Origin: Bradymonadia bacterium
Lineage (GTDB): Bacteria; Myxococcota_A; Bradymonadia; UBA7976; UBA1532
Assembly: GCA_046290225.1 (NCBI GenBank)
Contig: JBKAGE010000049.1
Span: 1-64,000, forward strand
Length of the DNA: 64,000 nucleotides
Direction of reading: 5' to 3'
Position numbers and translations under genes: made by a program. Shown piece by piece: positions 8,914-20,100 of the stretch; position 1 is the first letter of the stretch, and the number at the start of each line of letters is the position of its first letter. A model generated the notes under the pieces. That model worked only from the letters and a program-made list of their open reading frames with translations. It was not told the origin of the DNA and did not search any database.

Positions 8914-11900
8914 ATGATGAGATGGCTCTCTTTTCTCGTGTTGCTCGCTGCCCTGACGGGGTGTGACGACGGTGGTGGTGTGTCCACGCCGGACTGGGCA
9001 CCGTTCCCAGCGGACGTCAGCGGCCCTGATGCCCTGGTCACTGATGGCACCCTCCCTGAAGATCCAGACGCCGAGGCCGCTACAGACGGCGCGGTGATGC
9101 CCGATGGGGGTGATCTCGACATGGAGGCGCCTGCCGACGGCGATGTTTCTGACGCAGAGATCCCCGATGCAGAGATCGCAGACGCCGAGGTGCCGGATGC
9201 TGATCCCAATGCACCGTTGCTCGCAGTCACCGAGCCTCAGGCAGGGGCCTTCATCGCCACTGCAGAGTTCACCGTGAGCGGCACCGCCCGCGCAGCCATG
9301 GCGGGCGACGCAGTCACGGTGACCCTCGACGGGGTCCAGCTGCCTGTGAACGATGACGCCTTCGAAGCGGTCATCGAGCGCCCCGACGGGCCGCACGTGC
9401 TGGCCTTCGTCGCCGAGGCCAACGGCTTCGAGACCCGCGTCGACGTGCCCATCACCGTCGACACCCGAGCACCGCGGGTGGTCATCACCGACCCACAAGC
9501 GGGGGCACGCCTGATCCGCGACGTCATCGACCTCACCGGCACCGTCGACGAAGACGGCGTGCGGGTGCAGGTGGGCGACATTGTTGCTGACGTGGGACCC
9601 GAGGGCTTCGTCGCCCGAGGGGTACAGCTCGCCGAGGGGGCCAACGAGATCGTCGTCGTGGCGACGGATCAGGCGGGCAACCAGGGCACCGCGAGCGTGC
9701 AGGTCGACGTCGACATCACCCCACCATCGATTCAAATCGACACACCCGAAGACGGCACCCTGCTCCAAAGAGAGGCAATCGACGTCTCAGGTCGGGTCAA
9801 CGGCGAGGATGTGGTGCAGGTCGAGGTGGACGGCGCCGCCGTGGAGGTGGCCGCAGATGGCACCTTCACCCGTGAGCTGATCCCCCTCGAAGAGGGCCGG
9901 AACATCATCAGCGCCGCAGCCACCGACGGTCACGGCAACGTCGCCGTAGCCCAGATCGCCGTCATCCGGGACACCTCGCCGGCGACGATCCGCATCGAGA
10001 CCCCGAAAGACGGCGACGTGCTCACCTCGACCCAGGTCGACGTGGCCGGTGTCTGCAACGACCTGATCACTGGGGTCACGGTGAACGAAGACGACCTGCG
10101 GGTGTGGGTAAACGGGGTCGAGGCCCAGGTGCTCAACCGCACCTTCGTGCTGCCCGACCTGCTTCTGCAGCGCGGGCCCAACGTCATCACCGTCGAGGCC
10201 GAGGATCGCACGGGGAACCGCTCGAGCCAGAGCATCCGCGTCCGGGTGGACGATCAAGCGGGCCAGCGCATCGTGAGCTTGTCGGGGAACGGCCAGCGCG
10301 TGCGGGTGGGCGACGAGACGGAGCGTCCCCTTGTGGTGTCACTGCTCGACGCCAACGGCAACCCCGTGGCCAACGCCCCGGTGAGCTTCGCCGTGAGCCG
10401 CGGTGAGGGCGCCGTGGTGGCCTTCCCCGAGCGGGGCCGCGAGGTGCAGGTGCGCACCGACGACAACGGCCTTGCCTCGGTGACCTTCGCCCCGGGCCGC
10501 CGCGCAGGGGCCGGCAGCCACCGCGTCACCGCCACGGCGCCGGGGTATGTGGGCAAGGTCGAGTTCTGCACCAGCGTCATCGCCCACACCGCTCACCGCA
10601 TCTCCATGGTGAAGGGCGACGCGCAAGAGGGCGCCACCCGCGCGGCGCTGCCTGATCCCTTCGTGGCCCTGGTGGTGGATCAGTGGGGCAACCCGGTCTC
10701 CGGCGTAGAGGTCACCTTCGAGGTGATGCAGGGCGACGGTCAGATCGTCGACAGCCCCCGCCGCGTGGTCACCACGGACGCCGACGGCTTGGCCATGGCC
10801 ACCCTCACCCTCGGCGGCGCCGGGTTGCACACCGTGAACGCCCGCTTCGAAGGCCTAGAGGGCGATCCTGCAACCTTCCAAGCGACGGCTCTGGTGCCCG
10901 GACCCCGGGACACCACCCGCCTTGTGGGCCAGGTGCTCGACAATGAAGAGCAGCCTCTGCCCAACGCCACCGCCTGGGTGCGCCTGCCCGACGGGCCCAT
11001 CATCAGCAGCTTCGCCGACGAGGCGGGGCGCTTCTTGCTCGAGGGCGTGCCCGTGGGCCCGGTTCACCTCGTGGTGGACGGCAGCACCACCCGCCGCGAG
11101 GGCTCGTGGCCCAGCATCCAGTACGATCTGACCACAGTGGCCGGGGTGGACAACACGGTGGGTCGGCCCATCTTCTTGCCCCGGAACGATCTCGGCAGCG
11201 CCCGGATCGTGGGCGGCGACGCCGACACCACCCTCACCATCGACGGCGTGCCCGGGGCGGAGATGACTGTCTTCGCCAACAGCGTCACCTGCCCCGACGG
11301 CGGCAACACCTGCCAACTGATGTGGTCTCAGGTCCGCGGTGAGCGCGTGCCCGATCCGCCGCCTCTGGGCTCGAACTTCTCCCTGGTCTGGACGGTGCAG
11401 CCCCCGAACGTGCGCTTCGATCCGCCCGCTCGGGTGTGCATCCCCAACGAGGGCTGGCCCGTGGGTCAGCAGCTCGAGATCTTCTCCTTCGATCACGATC
11501 TCGCCGACTGGGTGGGCCTGGGCACCGCCACGGTGACCGCCGACGGCACCAAGGCCTGCACCGACGAAGGCTTCGGCCTGCGCAAGTCGGGCTGGGGCGG
11601 TGCGCCGCCGCCGCCGCCGCCGCCGAGCTGCGTGGGCAGCTGTGACGACGGCAACCCCTGCACCAGCGACAGCTGCCAGGACGGCAACTGCGTACACGAT
11701 CCCATCGACGGCGGCAGCTGCGACGACGGCTCGGGCTGCAGCAGCCGCGAGTGCCAGATGGGCAACTGCGTCACCCTTGAGCAGCAAGAAGACGGCACGG
11801 AGTGTGACGACAACAGCATGTGCACCGAGGGTGACACGTGTCAGGGCGGCGACTGCGTCGGCGAGGAGATCGAGTGCGGCGACGAGAACGACTGCACCGA

Positions 11901-12993
11901 AGACACCTGTGATCCGGCGGCGGGCTGCCGCAACGAGCCCCGGGTGGGCGCCGAGTGCGACGATGGCGATCTCTGCACCGAGAACGATCAGTGCAACGCC
12001 GAGGCGGCCTGTGAAGGCACCACCAAGGAGTGTGAGCAGGACGAGAACGAGTGCGACGAGCACGTCTGTGACGAGAACACTGGCGAGTGCACCCCGGAGC
12101 CTCGAAACGAGGGGGAGCGCTGCGGCGACGAGGCGGACGAGGATCAGTGCGGGGTCTACGAGTGTCAGCCCGACGGCACCTGCGCTCCGCCCCCCGGCGA
12201 GCCCTCGACGAACGGTCAAGAGTGTGACGACGAGGACATCTGCACCGAGAACGACATGTGCCAGGACGGCGAGTGCAAGGGCGAAGACGTGGAGAGCCGC
12301 GACTGGCTCGACCGCAACCGCCTGGGCTTCGAGCTGAAGGTGCCCAGCAACGTCGTCGCCCGCTGCAACAGCTTCATCAACCGGATCCCCGGCCTCGGGG
12401 GCGTGAAGTTCAAAGAGGCGACGGTGGATGGCCGCGCCCGGGTGAAGGACTGCTGCGACCCGGATCGAGGCATCGTCGATTTGGGCCGCAAAGAGCTCAG
12501 CGCCCGGTTCACTCTGCGCATGAAGACCGGCGACATCCCCATCGGCCCGTGGTTCATCAGCATCGACGGCATGTTCGACTTCGGCATCGCCCGAGGGGGC
12601 ATCTTCGGCGACGTGGGCCCATTCTGGGACGGCGAGTTCACCATCCTGGGAGAGCTGGGCCGCCGCATCTCGGAGTGCGAGGGCGACAACTGCTTCTTCG
12701 GATCCGGCGGCGGCCGCGCCCGCCTGGGCATCAAGCTGGTGCTCGAAGCATTCGCGTGCATCGGCACCCCGCTCTTCGGAGACTTCTGCAGAGGACTCAC
12801 CTTCGCCCCGGCCATCATCCGCGTCGAAGCCGGGGCCCGCATCACCTACAACAAATCATCGTGTGACTCCGGCATAGGTTTCTGCGGCTATCTGGGCCGC
12901 GTCATCTTCCAGTTCGAGCTGTCGCTCAGCTCGCCGGGCAGCAACAAAATCCTGTTCCAGAGACAGGTCTACGACGGCTTTGGGAACTGTTGA
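8914..12993 (+). CDS. Gene A: large lipoprotein with Ig-like stalk, carboxypeptidase-regulatory-like domain, trunk domain, poly-Pro hinge, Cys-rich repeats and a distinct C-terminal domain
   Basis: MMRWLSFLVLLAALTG-C lipobox; DAExP linker; four Ig-like repeats (e.g. EGANEIVVVATDQAGN); two Big_1-like repeats (D..GNPV....V.F.V..G.G); FSFDHDL...KSGWGGAPPPPPPP; CDDGNPCT-type repeats. Confidence 0.88.
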   Translation: MMRWLSFLVLLAALTGCDDGGGVSTPDWAPFPADVSGPDALVTDGTLPEDPDAEAATDGAVMPDGGDLDMEAPADGDVSDAEIPDAEIADAEVPDADPNAPLLAVTEPQAGAFIATAEFTVSGTARAAMAGDAVTVTLDGVQLPVNDDAFEAVIERPDGPHVLAFVAEANGFETRVDVPITVDTRAPRVVITDPQAGARLIRDVIDLTGTVDEDGVRVQVGDIVADVGPEGFVARGVQLAEGANEIVVVATDQAGNQGTASVQVDVDITPPSIQIDTPEDGTLLQREAIDVSGRVNGEDVVQVEVDGAAVEVAADGTFTRELIPLEEGRNIISAAATDGHGNVAVAQIAVIRDTSPATIRIETPKDGDVLTSTQVDVAGVCNDLITGVTVNEDDLRVWVNGVEAQVLNRTFVLPDLLLQRGPNVITVEAEDRTGNRSSQSIRVRVDDQAGQRIVSLSGNGQRVRVGDETERPLVVSLLDANGNPVANAPVSFAVSRGEGAVVAFPERGREVQVRTDDNGLASVTFAPGRRAGAGSHRVTATAPGYVGKVEFCTSVIAHTAHRISMVKGDAQEGATRAALPDPFVALVVDQWGNPVSGVEVTFEVMQGDGQIVDSPRRVVTTDADGLAMATLTLGGAGLHTVNARFEGLEGDPATFQATALVPGPRDTTRLVGQVLDNEEQPLPNATAWVRLPDGPIISSFADEAGRFLLEGVPVGPVHLVVDGSTTRREGSWPSIQYDLTTVAGVDNTVGRPIFLPRNDLGSARIVGGDADTTLTIDGVPGAEMTVFANSVTCPDGGNTCQLMWSQVRGERVPDPPPLGSNFSLVWTVQPPNVRFDPPARVCIPNEGWPVGQQLEIFSFDHDLADWVGLGTATVTADGTKACTDEGFGLRKSGWGGAPPPPPPPSCVGSCDDGNPCTSDSCQDGNCVHDPIDGGSCDDGSGCSSRECQMGNCVTLEQQEDGTECDDNSMCTEGDTCQGGDCVGEEIECGDENDCTEDTCDPAAGCRNEPRVGAECDDGDLCTENDQCNAEAACEGTTKECEQDENECDEHVCDENTGECTPEPRNEGERCGDEADEDQCGVYECQPDGTCAPPPGEPSTNGQECDDEDICTENDMCQDGECKGEDVESRDWLDRNRLGFELKVPSNVVARCNSFINRIPGLGGVKFKEATVDGRARVKDCCDPDRGIVDLGRKELSARFTLRMKTGDIPIGPWFISIDGMFDFGIARGGIFGDVGPFWDGEFTILGELGRRISECEGDNCFFGSGGGRARLGIKLVLEAFACIGTPLFGDFCRGLTFAPAIIRVEAGARITYNKSSCDSGIGFCGYLGRVIFQFELSLSSPGSNKILFQRQVYDGFGNC
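11605..11625 (+). repeat. (CCG)7 pure trinucleotide run encoding PPPPPPP
   Basis: Read directly; sits at the trunk/Cys-rich junction of gene A. Confidence 0.95.
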
Positions 12994-12994
12994 C

Positions 12995-14128
12995 ATGTCG
13001 ATCAAGCAACTCGCACTCTGCACCGCCCTGGCGGCGGCCTTCGCCGGCACCGCCTCGAGCACCGCCTCTGCCGAGCCCCGGAGCTACCCGCTGCCCTACA
13101 CCGTACGGGCCGTGAGCAATGCCCCCATGGCGAGCGGCTTCTATCTGCGCATGGACGCGCAGCAGATGTCCGTGCCCCTGAGCGACTTCGTCAGTCAGTC
13201 GGGCAAGCTCGACGCCGACGCGGCCATGAGCAACCTCTTCAAGGGCTTCGTCGATCGCGACGCCGTGGCCGTGGGCCGCTGGCTCGACCGCCGGCAAATG
13301 ACCGGCACCGCCGCAGACGCGGTGAACACCTACCGAGAGGCCTTCAACAACTTCGAAGGTGTGCGCATCGAGCGCCGCGTCGCCGTGGGCGATCACGTGC
13401 TCTTTGTCTGGTCGGTGGACAAAAAGAACGCCGAAGGCAAGGGCCGCCGCTGGCTGCGTGCCTTCGCCGTGAGCCAAGTGGGCGGCCGCTGGAAGGGGGA
13501 GCTGGTCACCTCGAACCGGGCCCTCGATCTCATGATCCTCGACGCCCTGAGCGCAGAGCGCATGTTCCCCGAGCGCTTCGCGAGCCAGCAGGCCCCGCAA
13601 GGCAGCCACAGCCTGTCGATCGCCACGGGGGTGGCCCTGGAGTTCACCGGAGTGAGCTTGAGCTACGACGCCACGGTGGAGTCGCCGCCCTCGGATGATC
13701 CGCGCCTGCAGATGTTCAGCACCCTCGCCGGGGCGCTGCGCGACGGCGACATGCCCGGTTTCGCCCAATACCACGACACCGAGAGCATGAAGCGCCTCGA
13801 GCACCGCATCCAAAACGCCACGGAGCACATGCGGGGCTGGATGCAGTTCAACGGCCAGGGCCGCCACGTCCTGGGCCTCGCCGGTGGCGCACCGGACGGC
13901 CCAGGTGAGCTGTCGGTGATCTTCTACGCCGAGGGGCCCCAGGGCCCCGACGCGGAGCGCCTCGTGCGCTGGAGCTGGTTTCGCCGGTTCCCCCGAGCGG
14001 GCTGGCGACCGGTGAACTTCATGTACTTCGACACCCTCGACGAGTTGCTCGACAAGGCGGCCTTCCCCAAGACGGCCCCGGCCTTCTCCACCGCATTCCG
14101 AGGGGCTTCCCGGGGGGTGACTCGATGA
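12995..14128 (+). CDS. Gene B: secreted hypothetical protein
   Basis: ATG 1 nt after the gene A stop; Sec signal MSIKQLALCTALAAAFAGTASSTASA; stop overlaps the gene C start (ATGA); high-GC3 codon usage. Confidence 0.85.
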   Translation: MSIKQLALCTALAAAFAGTASSTASAEPRSYPLPYTVRAVSNAPMASGFYLRMDAQQMSVPLSDFVSQSGKLDADAAMSNLFKGFVDRDAVAVGRWLDRRQMTGTAADAVNTYREAFNNFEGVRIERRVAVGDHVLFVWSVDKKNAEGKGRRWLRAFAVSQVGGRWKGELVTSNRALDLMILDALSAERMFPERFASQQAPQGSHSLSIATGVALEFTGVSLSYDATVESPPSDDPRLQMFSTLAGALRDGDMPGFAQYHDTESMKRLEHRIQNATEHMRGWMQFNGQGRHVLGLAGGAPDGPGELSVIFYAEGPQGPDAERLVRWSWFRRFPRAGWRPVNFMYFDTLDELLDKAAFPKTAPAFSTAFRGASRGVTR

Positions 14129-17100
14129 GACGACTGAAGCTCACGGGGGCTTTGGCCCTGGCCAGCACCATGCTGATGTGCGCCTTCGCCGCGGCGCAGC
14201 CCAACGTGGTGCCCCCTGATCCGCCACAGAACTACCCGCTCGACGAGCGGTGCACGGTGAACATCCTCAACCGCACGGCGCCGGTGAACGCCCACGGCGG
14301 CTTCGTGCTGCCCAACGTGCCCGTGGATCGCGGCCTCTACCGGGCACGGGTCATCTGCGAGCGGAACGGCGTGCTCCTGCGCGGGCAGTCCGATCTGCTC
14401 ACCCTCGAGCCCAACGCCGAGACCAAGGTCGGCTTGGTGGACTTCACCCGGCAGATCCCGGTGCCTCAAGCGCTCTACCTCCACACAGCCGACGGCCGCG
14501 ACACCCTCACCGAGGTGGGGGAGACGGTGGATCTCGTGCTGCTGGGTCGAGTAGCCCCTGGCGGCGTGCTTGAAGGTCAGGTCGACGCCGGTGGCCTCGT
14601 GCCCCTCGATGGCGCCATCAACGGTACGATCTACATCTCGAGCAACCCCGAAGTGGCCACGGTGGACGACACCGGCCTGGTGACTGCCGTGAGCCGAGGC
14701 CGCGTGAACATGATCGCGGTGAACGAAGGCCGCGTAGTGGCGGTGGAGATCGAGGTCGACATCCCCGACGACCGTGATCTCGACGGGCTGCCCGACGCTT
14801 TTGAAATCAGAAATGGCCTCAACCCGGATGATCCCGCCGACGCAGCCCTCGATCTCGACGGTGATGGTCTGAGCAACCTCGACGAGTTCCTCGCGGGCTC
14901 GAGCATCAACACCGCAGACACCGACGGCGACGGCCTGCTCGATGGCGCCGAGGCGGCTCTGGGCACCTCCCCCGTACGGGCCGACACGGACGACGACGGC
15001 CTGCTTGATGGCGACGAGCAAGCCCGCGGCACCAACGCGACGGTGGCCGACACCGATGGTGACGGCATCGCCGACGGCGCCGAGGTGGACGCGGGCCTCG
15101 ATCCCACGGTGGCCGACGAGACCACCACGGTGACAGGCCAGGTCCTCAGCCCCGATGGCGCCGCCGTAGAGGGCGCGGTGGTCATCGTGGCCCGGACCTA
15201 TGTGACCAACACCGACGCCGACGGCACCTTCAGCATCGACTTCGTGCCCACGAACCGGCGCCTCAAGGCTCAGGTGCGCTACATCGAAGACGGCGAGGCC
15301 TTCGACGGCACCGCCTCTGCAGCGAACCCGACCCCCTTCGGGGTCACCGACTTCGGCACCATCAACCTGCGCCCCGTGCTCAACGCCGTGGGCGGGCAGG
15401 TGCTCAGCCCCCGGGGTGAGCCCGTCGTGGGGGCCCACGTCAGGGTCACCGTCGACGGCGAGACCCGCACCGGGCACACCGATCGCGGCGGCCTCTATCT
15501 GATCCGTCAGGTCCAGGAAGGCGAGGTCACAGTCGTGGCCACGGATCCCGACACGGGTCTGCGGGGCTTCGCCGAAGGCACCCTCGCCGCGGACGAGGCC
15601 CTCACCGTAGATGTGCAGCTCTCCGCTTCGGGCACCTTCGAAGGCCAGGTCTACGCCCAGGACGGCCAGCCTGTAGGCGAGGGCATCTCGGTGATTTTGC
15701 GCGGCCCCATCGGCGCCGAGACCACCACCGATGCCCTGGGTCGCTACCGCTTCGATTTCGTGCCCCTCGGGCGATACAGCCTCGAGGCTTTCGATGACGC
15801 CGGAGCCCGTGGCCGCACCACCGCAGCGATCAGCAACACCAACCAGATCATCGACGCGCCCATCAGCTTCCTCGGCGCTGGGCAGATCGTCGGCCGGGTG
15901 GAGTCCGGCGCGGGCGCCCCGGCGCCAGGCGTGCAGCTGGTCGTGGTCGCTCAGGGGGCCTTCGAAGCCACCCTCGAGGGCGTCTCCGACGCAGAAGGTC
16001 GGTTCCAGTTCGACGGGCTCCCCGTGGGCCCTGTGGAGATCTCCGCCATCGATCCCGACTCCGGCCTCGCCGGCGTCGTGGCCACCACCCTCGACTTCAA
16101 CGGCGACACCGCCGAGGTGGTGATCACCCTGAGGGCGGCGGGCAGCCTCGTGGGCACGCTCTACACCGCCCCCATCGGCGGCGCCCGTCAGCCCGCCCCC
16201 GGAGGCTCGATCACGCTGCAGCCCTCCGGGCGCACCGCTGCCACCGACGCCACAGGGCGCTTCCGCTTCGACGGGGTGCCCCTCGGGGCCTACACGCTCG
16301 TGGGGGCCCTCGGCGCTGATCGCGGCCACGGCGTGGCCAACGTCGACCTGCCCGACGGTGAGAGCGAGACCGAAGTACAGCTGCTCGGCCTCGGCGAGGT
16401 GCAGATCCGCGTGCTCGACGGGGGCGGTGCGCCGGTGCAAGGCGCCCACCTGACCCTCAACTCGGCGGTGCCCTTCGAAGGGGCCGCATTCGATCAGATC
16501 CTCAACGGATTCACCGACGCCGACGGCGTCGACACGCTCCCCGGCGTACTCGCTGGGCCCTTCACCGTGCAGGCCGTCGACGCCCTCAACGGCCTCACAG
16601 GTCAGGTGAACTCCAGCGTGCTCCCTGGTGAGCAGGTGGCCCTCACCGTGCGCCTTGAAGGCGCCGGCGCCATCGTGGGCCAGACCCTCGCCCCCGACGG
16701 CGCCACCCCAGTGCCCAACCTCACCGTGACGGTGCTCTCTGCCGATCGCCGCAGCGAGCGCACGGTGACCAGCGATGCCACTGGTCGATTCCGGTTCGAC
16801 CTGCTGCCTGTTTCTGGCTCGCCCTATGTGCTGCAGGCCTTCGACAACTTCGGCGCCCTGCGGAGCGAAGCTGGTGATCTTCAGCTCGCCGGCCACGGTG
16901 ATGAGATCACCCAGGATCTGGTGCTCGGCGGCACCGGCTCGATCTACGGGCTGGTCTTCCAGCCCGACGAGACCCCCGCAGCGGGGGTGCGCGTCACCGT
17001 GGAGAGCGATCAGCTCGGCAGCCCGCTGCGCTATGCCACCACGGACGCCGCTGGGGCCTACCGCGTCGACGGGGTGCCTGAGGGGGCCTTCGTCGTCACG

Positions 17101-20100
17101 GCGAGCAACCTCGCCGCCCGCCGGGCCGCCACGGCCTCGGGCAGCATCGACGAAGACGCCGCCGAGGTGGAGATCGATCTCACCCTCGAAGAGGACATCA
17201 TCCCACCGCCTCCGGGGGACAACCCGGTCATGGCCCGCCTGGAAGACGCCAGCCGCTACCCCTGGACCATCCGCCAGGACGGCAGCAGCGAAGACGGCCT
17301 GAACCGCGTGTTCCTGGGCAATGGTGCCGAGCGCCGTGGCGCCCTGGAGCTGGCGGTGCGCATCGCCGGTGGAGTGCAGTTCCTGCCCTTCACCGCCCGG
17401 GGCGGCCGCTTCGAGCTCGACGGTCGTCAGGTGGTGCTTCCTGGCACCGCCCTGGGCGATCTGCAGGTGAGCCGGAAGCTCTATGTGCCCGTGGACGGCT
17501 ACTTCGTCCGAGCCCTGGAGCAGTTCGAAAACACCGGCGACGAGGCCATCTCCGTCGATGTGCGGCTGCAGAGCCACTACGACTTTGTGAACCGGGTCCG
17601 AGATGGCTTCACCTTCCAGGAAACCGCCCGGGTGGTCCGGGACGACAACGGCGACGTGACCTACACCGCCGCGGATCGCTGGGTGGCCCTCGACGACGAG
17701 CTCGACATCGATCCGTTCCTCGTCTTCAACCTGCCGTCGGTGGCCCACGTGCTCCATGGCGGCGCAGCGGAGAACAGCGTCCTCCCCGCTGAGGGCAGCC
17801 ACACCATCTTCGAAGACGGCTCGAGCACCCTCGAGACCCAGTGGCTCCGCATCGACGTGCCCGCAGGCGCCACGGTCTCCCTCGTGCACTTCGCCGCTCA
17901 GCGCGCCAGCCACGATGGCGCTCAGGCTGCGGCGAGCCGTCTGGCGCAGCTGCCCCCGGAGGCCCTCGCCGGCCTCACCGAAGAAGAGCGCGGTCAAATC
18001 GTCAACTTCGATCTCGGCGCCCCTGTAGATCTCGAGCCGCTCCCCGCCATCGACGGCGTCATTGAAGGGCACGCCCTCGAAGGCGACGGCGCCCCGGCCC
18101 CCGGAGGCGGGATCAACTTCAAGAGCGCTCACCCGATCTTCGACCGCACGTGGCGGGTCATCAGCGCTCTGGGCAGCAGCGACGAGCCCGCGGCCTTCAC
18201 CTTCGTGGGAGAAGCCGGCCGCGGCGGTCGGCCAGTGCCTGTGGCCGACTTCGAACTCTGGGGCGAGCACCCCCAGTCGAGGCTGGAGTCCCCTCGCATT
18301 CGGGCCAGCTTCCCCGAAGAGTCTTCCACCGCCTCCGCCGACGTGATCTTCGAAGGCACGGGCCGCCTCACCGGTGAAGTCCGCCGCGCCGGCGGTGACG
18401 TCGCCAGCGTCGGGCAAGTGGAGATCAGCGGCGACGCCATCGAGCGCCCGCTCCGGACCGCCATCGCCATCGACGGCCGCTACAGTCTCGGCGGCCTGCC
18501 CCCGGGCAACTACGGGCTCCTCGCTGAGGTCCCGATCCCAGGCGGCACCCCGGTGAGCGGCAGCGGCGAGGGCCGGGTCTTCATCGAGCAGGCCACCACG
18601 GTGAACATCACCCTGGTGCCCACCGGGGGGATCACGGGCTTTGTGCTCGACGGGGGCGGCAACCCCGCCATCGACGTGCAGCTTCGCCTGCGCGGCCCCG
18701 ACAACTTCCGACGCGATGGGGCCTCCGACACTGGCGGGCGCTACGCCTTCCTCGACCTGCCCGTGGGCGACTACACGATCGAGGCCTTCGAGCCCCGGAC
18801 CGGGGTGGCGTCGACGGTGGAGATCAACATCGACGAAGGTGGCGCCATCGAGCGCAACATCGATCTCGTGGCCATCGGCCGCGTACACCTTACTGCCGTC
18901 TACCCCGACGGGCGCCGGGCCATCGAGGCGCCGATCCAGATTCAGCGGGCCCTGCTCGGGCCCTTCTTCCGCAGCGCGGGCGCGACCAACGGCCAGGGTG
19001 AGCTCACCCTCGAGGGGATCCCCCTCGGCGGGTTCCAGATCCGCGCCCTGCACCCCGGTGGCGGCAACCTCGCCGGTCTGGTGGAAGGTGCCATCGAGGC
19101 CCATGATCAGAGCCTCGACCTCACAGTGGAGATCCCTGAAGATCTGCCCCCTGAGGTGGCCCTCCTGGCACCTCAGTCCGGGGCCTTCCTCGAAGGCACC
19201 CAGCTGGGGCTGCGGGCCGAGGCCTCAGACGATCTTCGGGTGGTTCGGGTGGAGTTCCTGGTGAACGGCCTGCCCGTGGCCACCGACTCCGCGGCGCCCT
19301 ACACCCAGACCTGGGTGCTGCCTCAGGGCGCCCCGGGTGATCTCACCCTCGTCGCTCGAGCGGTGGACTCCGGTGGCAACCAGACCGACTCCGAGCCGGT
19401 CATCCTCACCCGCGTCGATGACGACACCCCGCCGGTGGTGGCCATCGCGGCGCCCTTCGAAGGCGCCGAGCTCACCGTGGGCGCGCCCTTCACGTTCACC
19501 GCCACCGCCACCGACGACGTCGCCGTTGAGGTTGTGCGGTTCTACGTGGGCGATGTCGAAGTCGGCACCGATGACACCCTGCCCTACCGCGTGCAGGCGG
19601 TGATCCCCCCGAACACGGTGCCGGGGCCGCAGGACCTGCGCGTCGTCGCCGAAGATCGAGCCGGCCTCACCACCGAAGCCACTGTGGGTGTGGTGATCCG
19701 CGCCGACGAGCCACCGGTCATCGAGCTGGTCGCCGGACCAGAGCCCAACGGCACCGTCGTCGAGGGCACCCCAGTCACCTTGGAGGTCGACGCCACCGAC
19801 GACGTCGGTGTGGTGGTGGACGTGCTCTTCGATGGCGAGGTGGTGGCCACCCGCAGTCAGGCCCCCTTCCGCTTCACGCCCCCGGCGCCGGCCACGGCCG
19901 ATGGCGCACCCCGAGCCCTCGAGATCACGCTGCGGGCCACCGACACCGCGGCGCAGACCGCAGAGCTCGTGATCCCCGTGCAGGTCACCGTCGACCAGCC
20001 GCCTCAGGTGGTGATCACGGCCCCTGCAGCGGAGGCCGAGTTCGTCGAGGGCACCACGATCACCGTCACCGCCGACGCCGAGGATGATCTCGCCGTAGCA

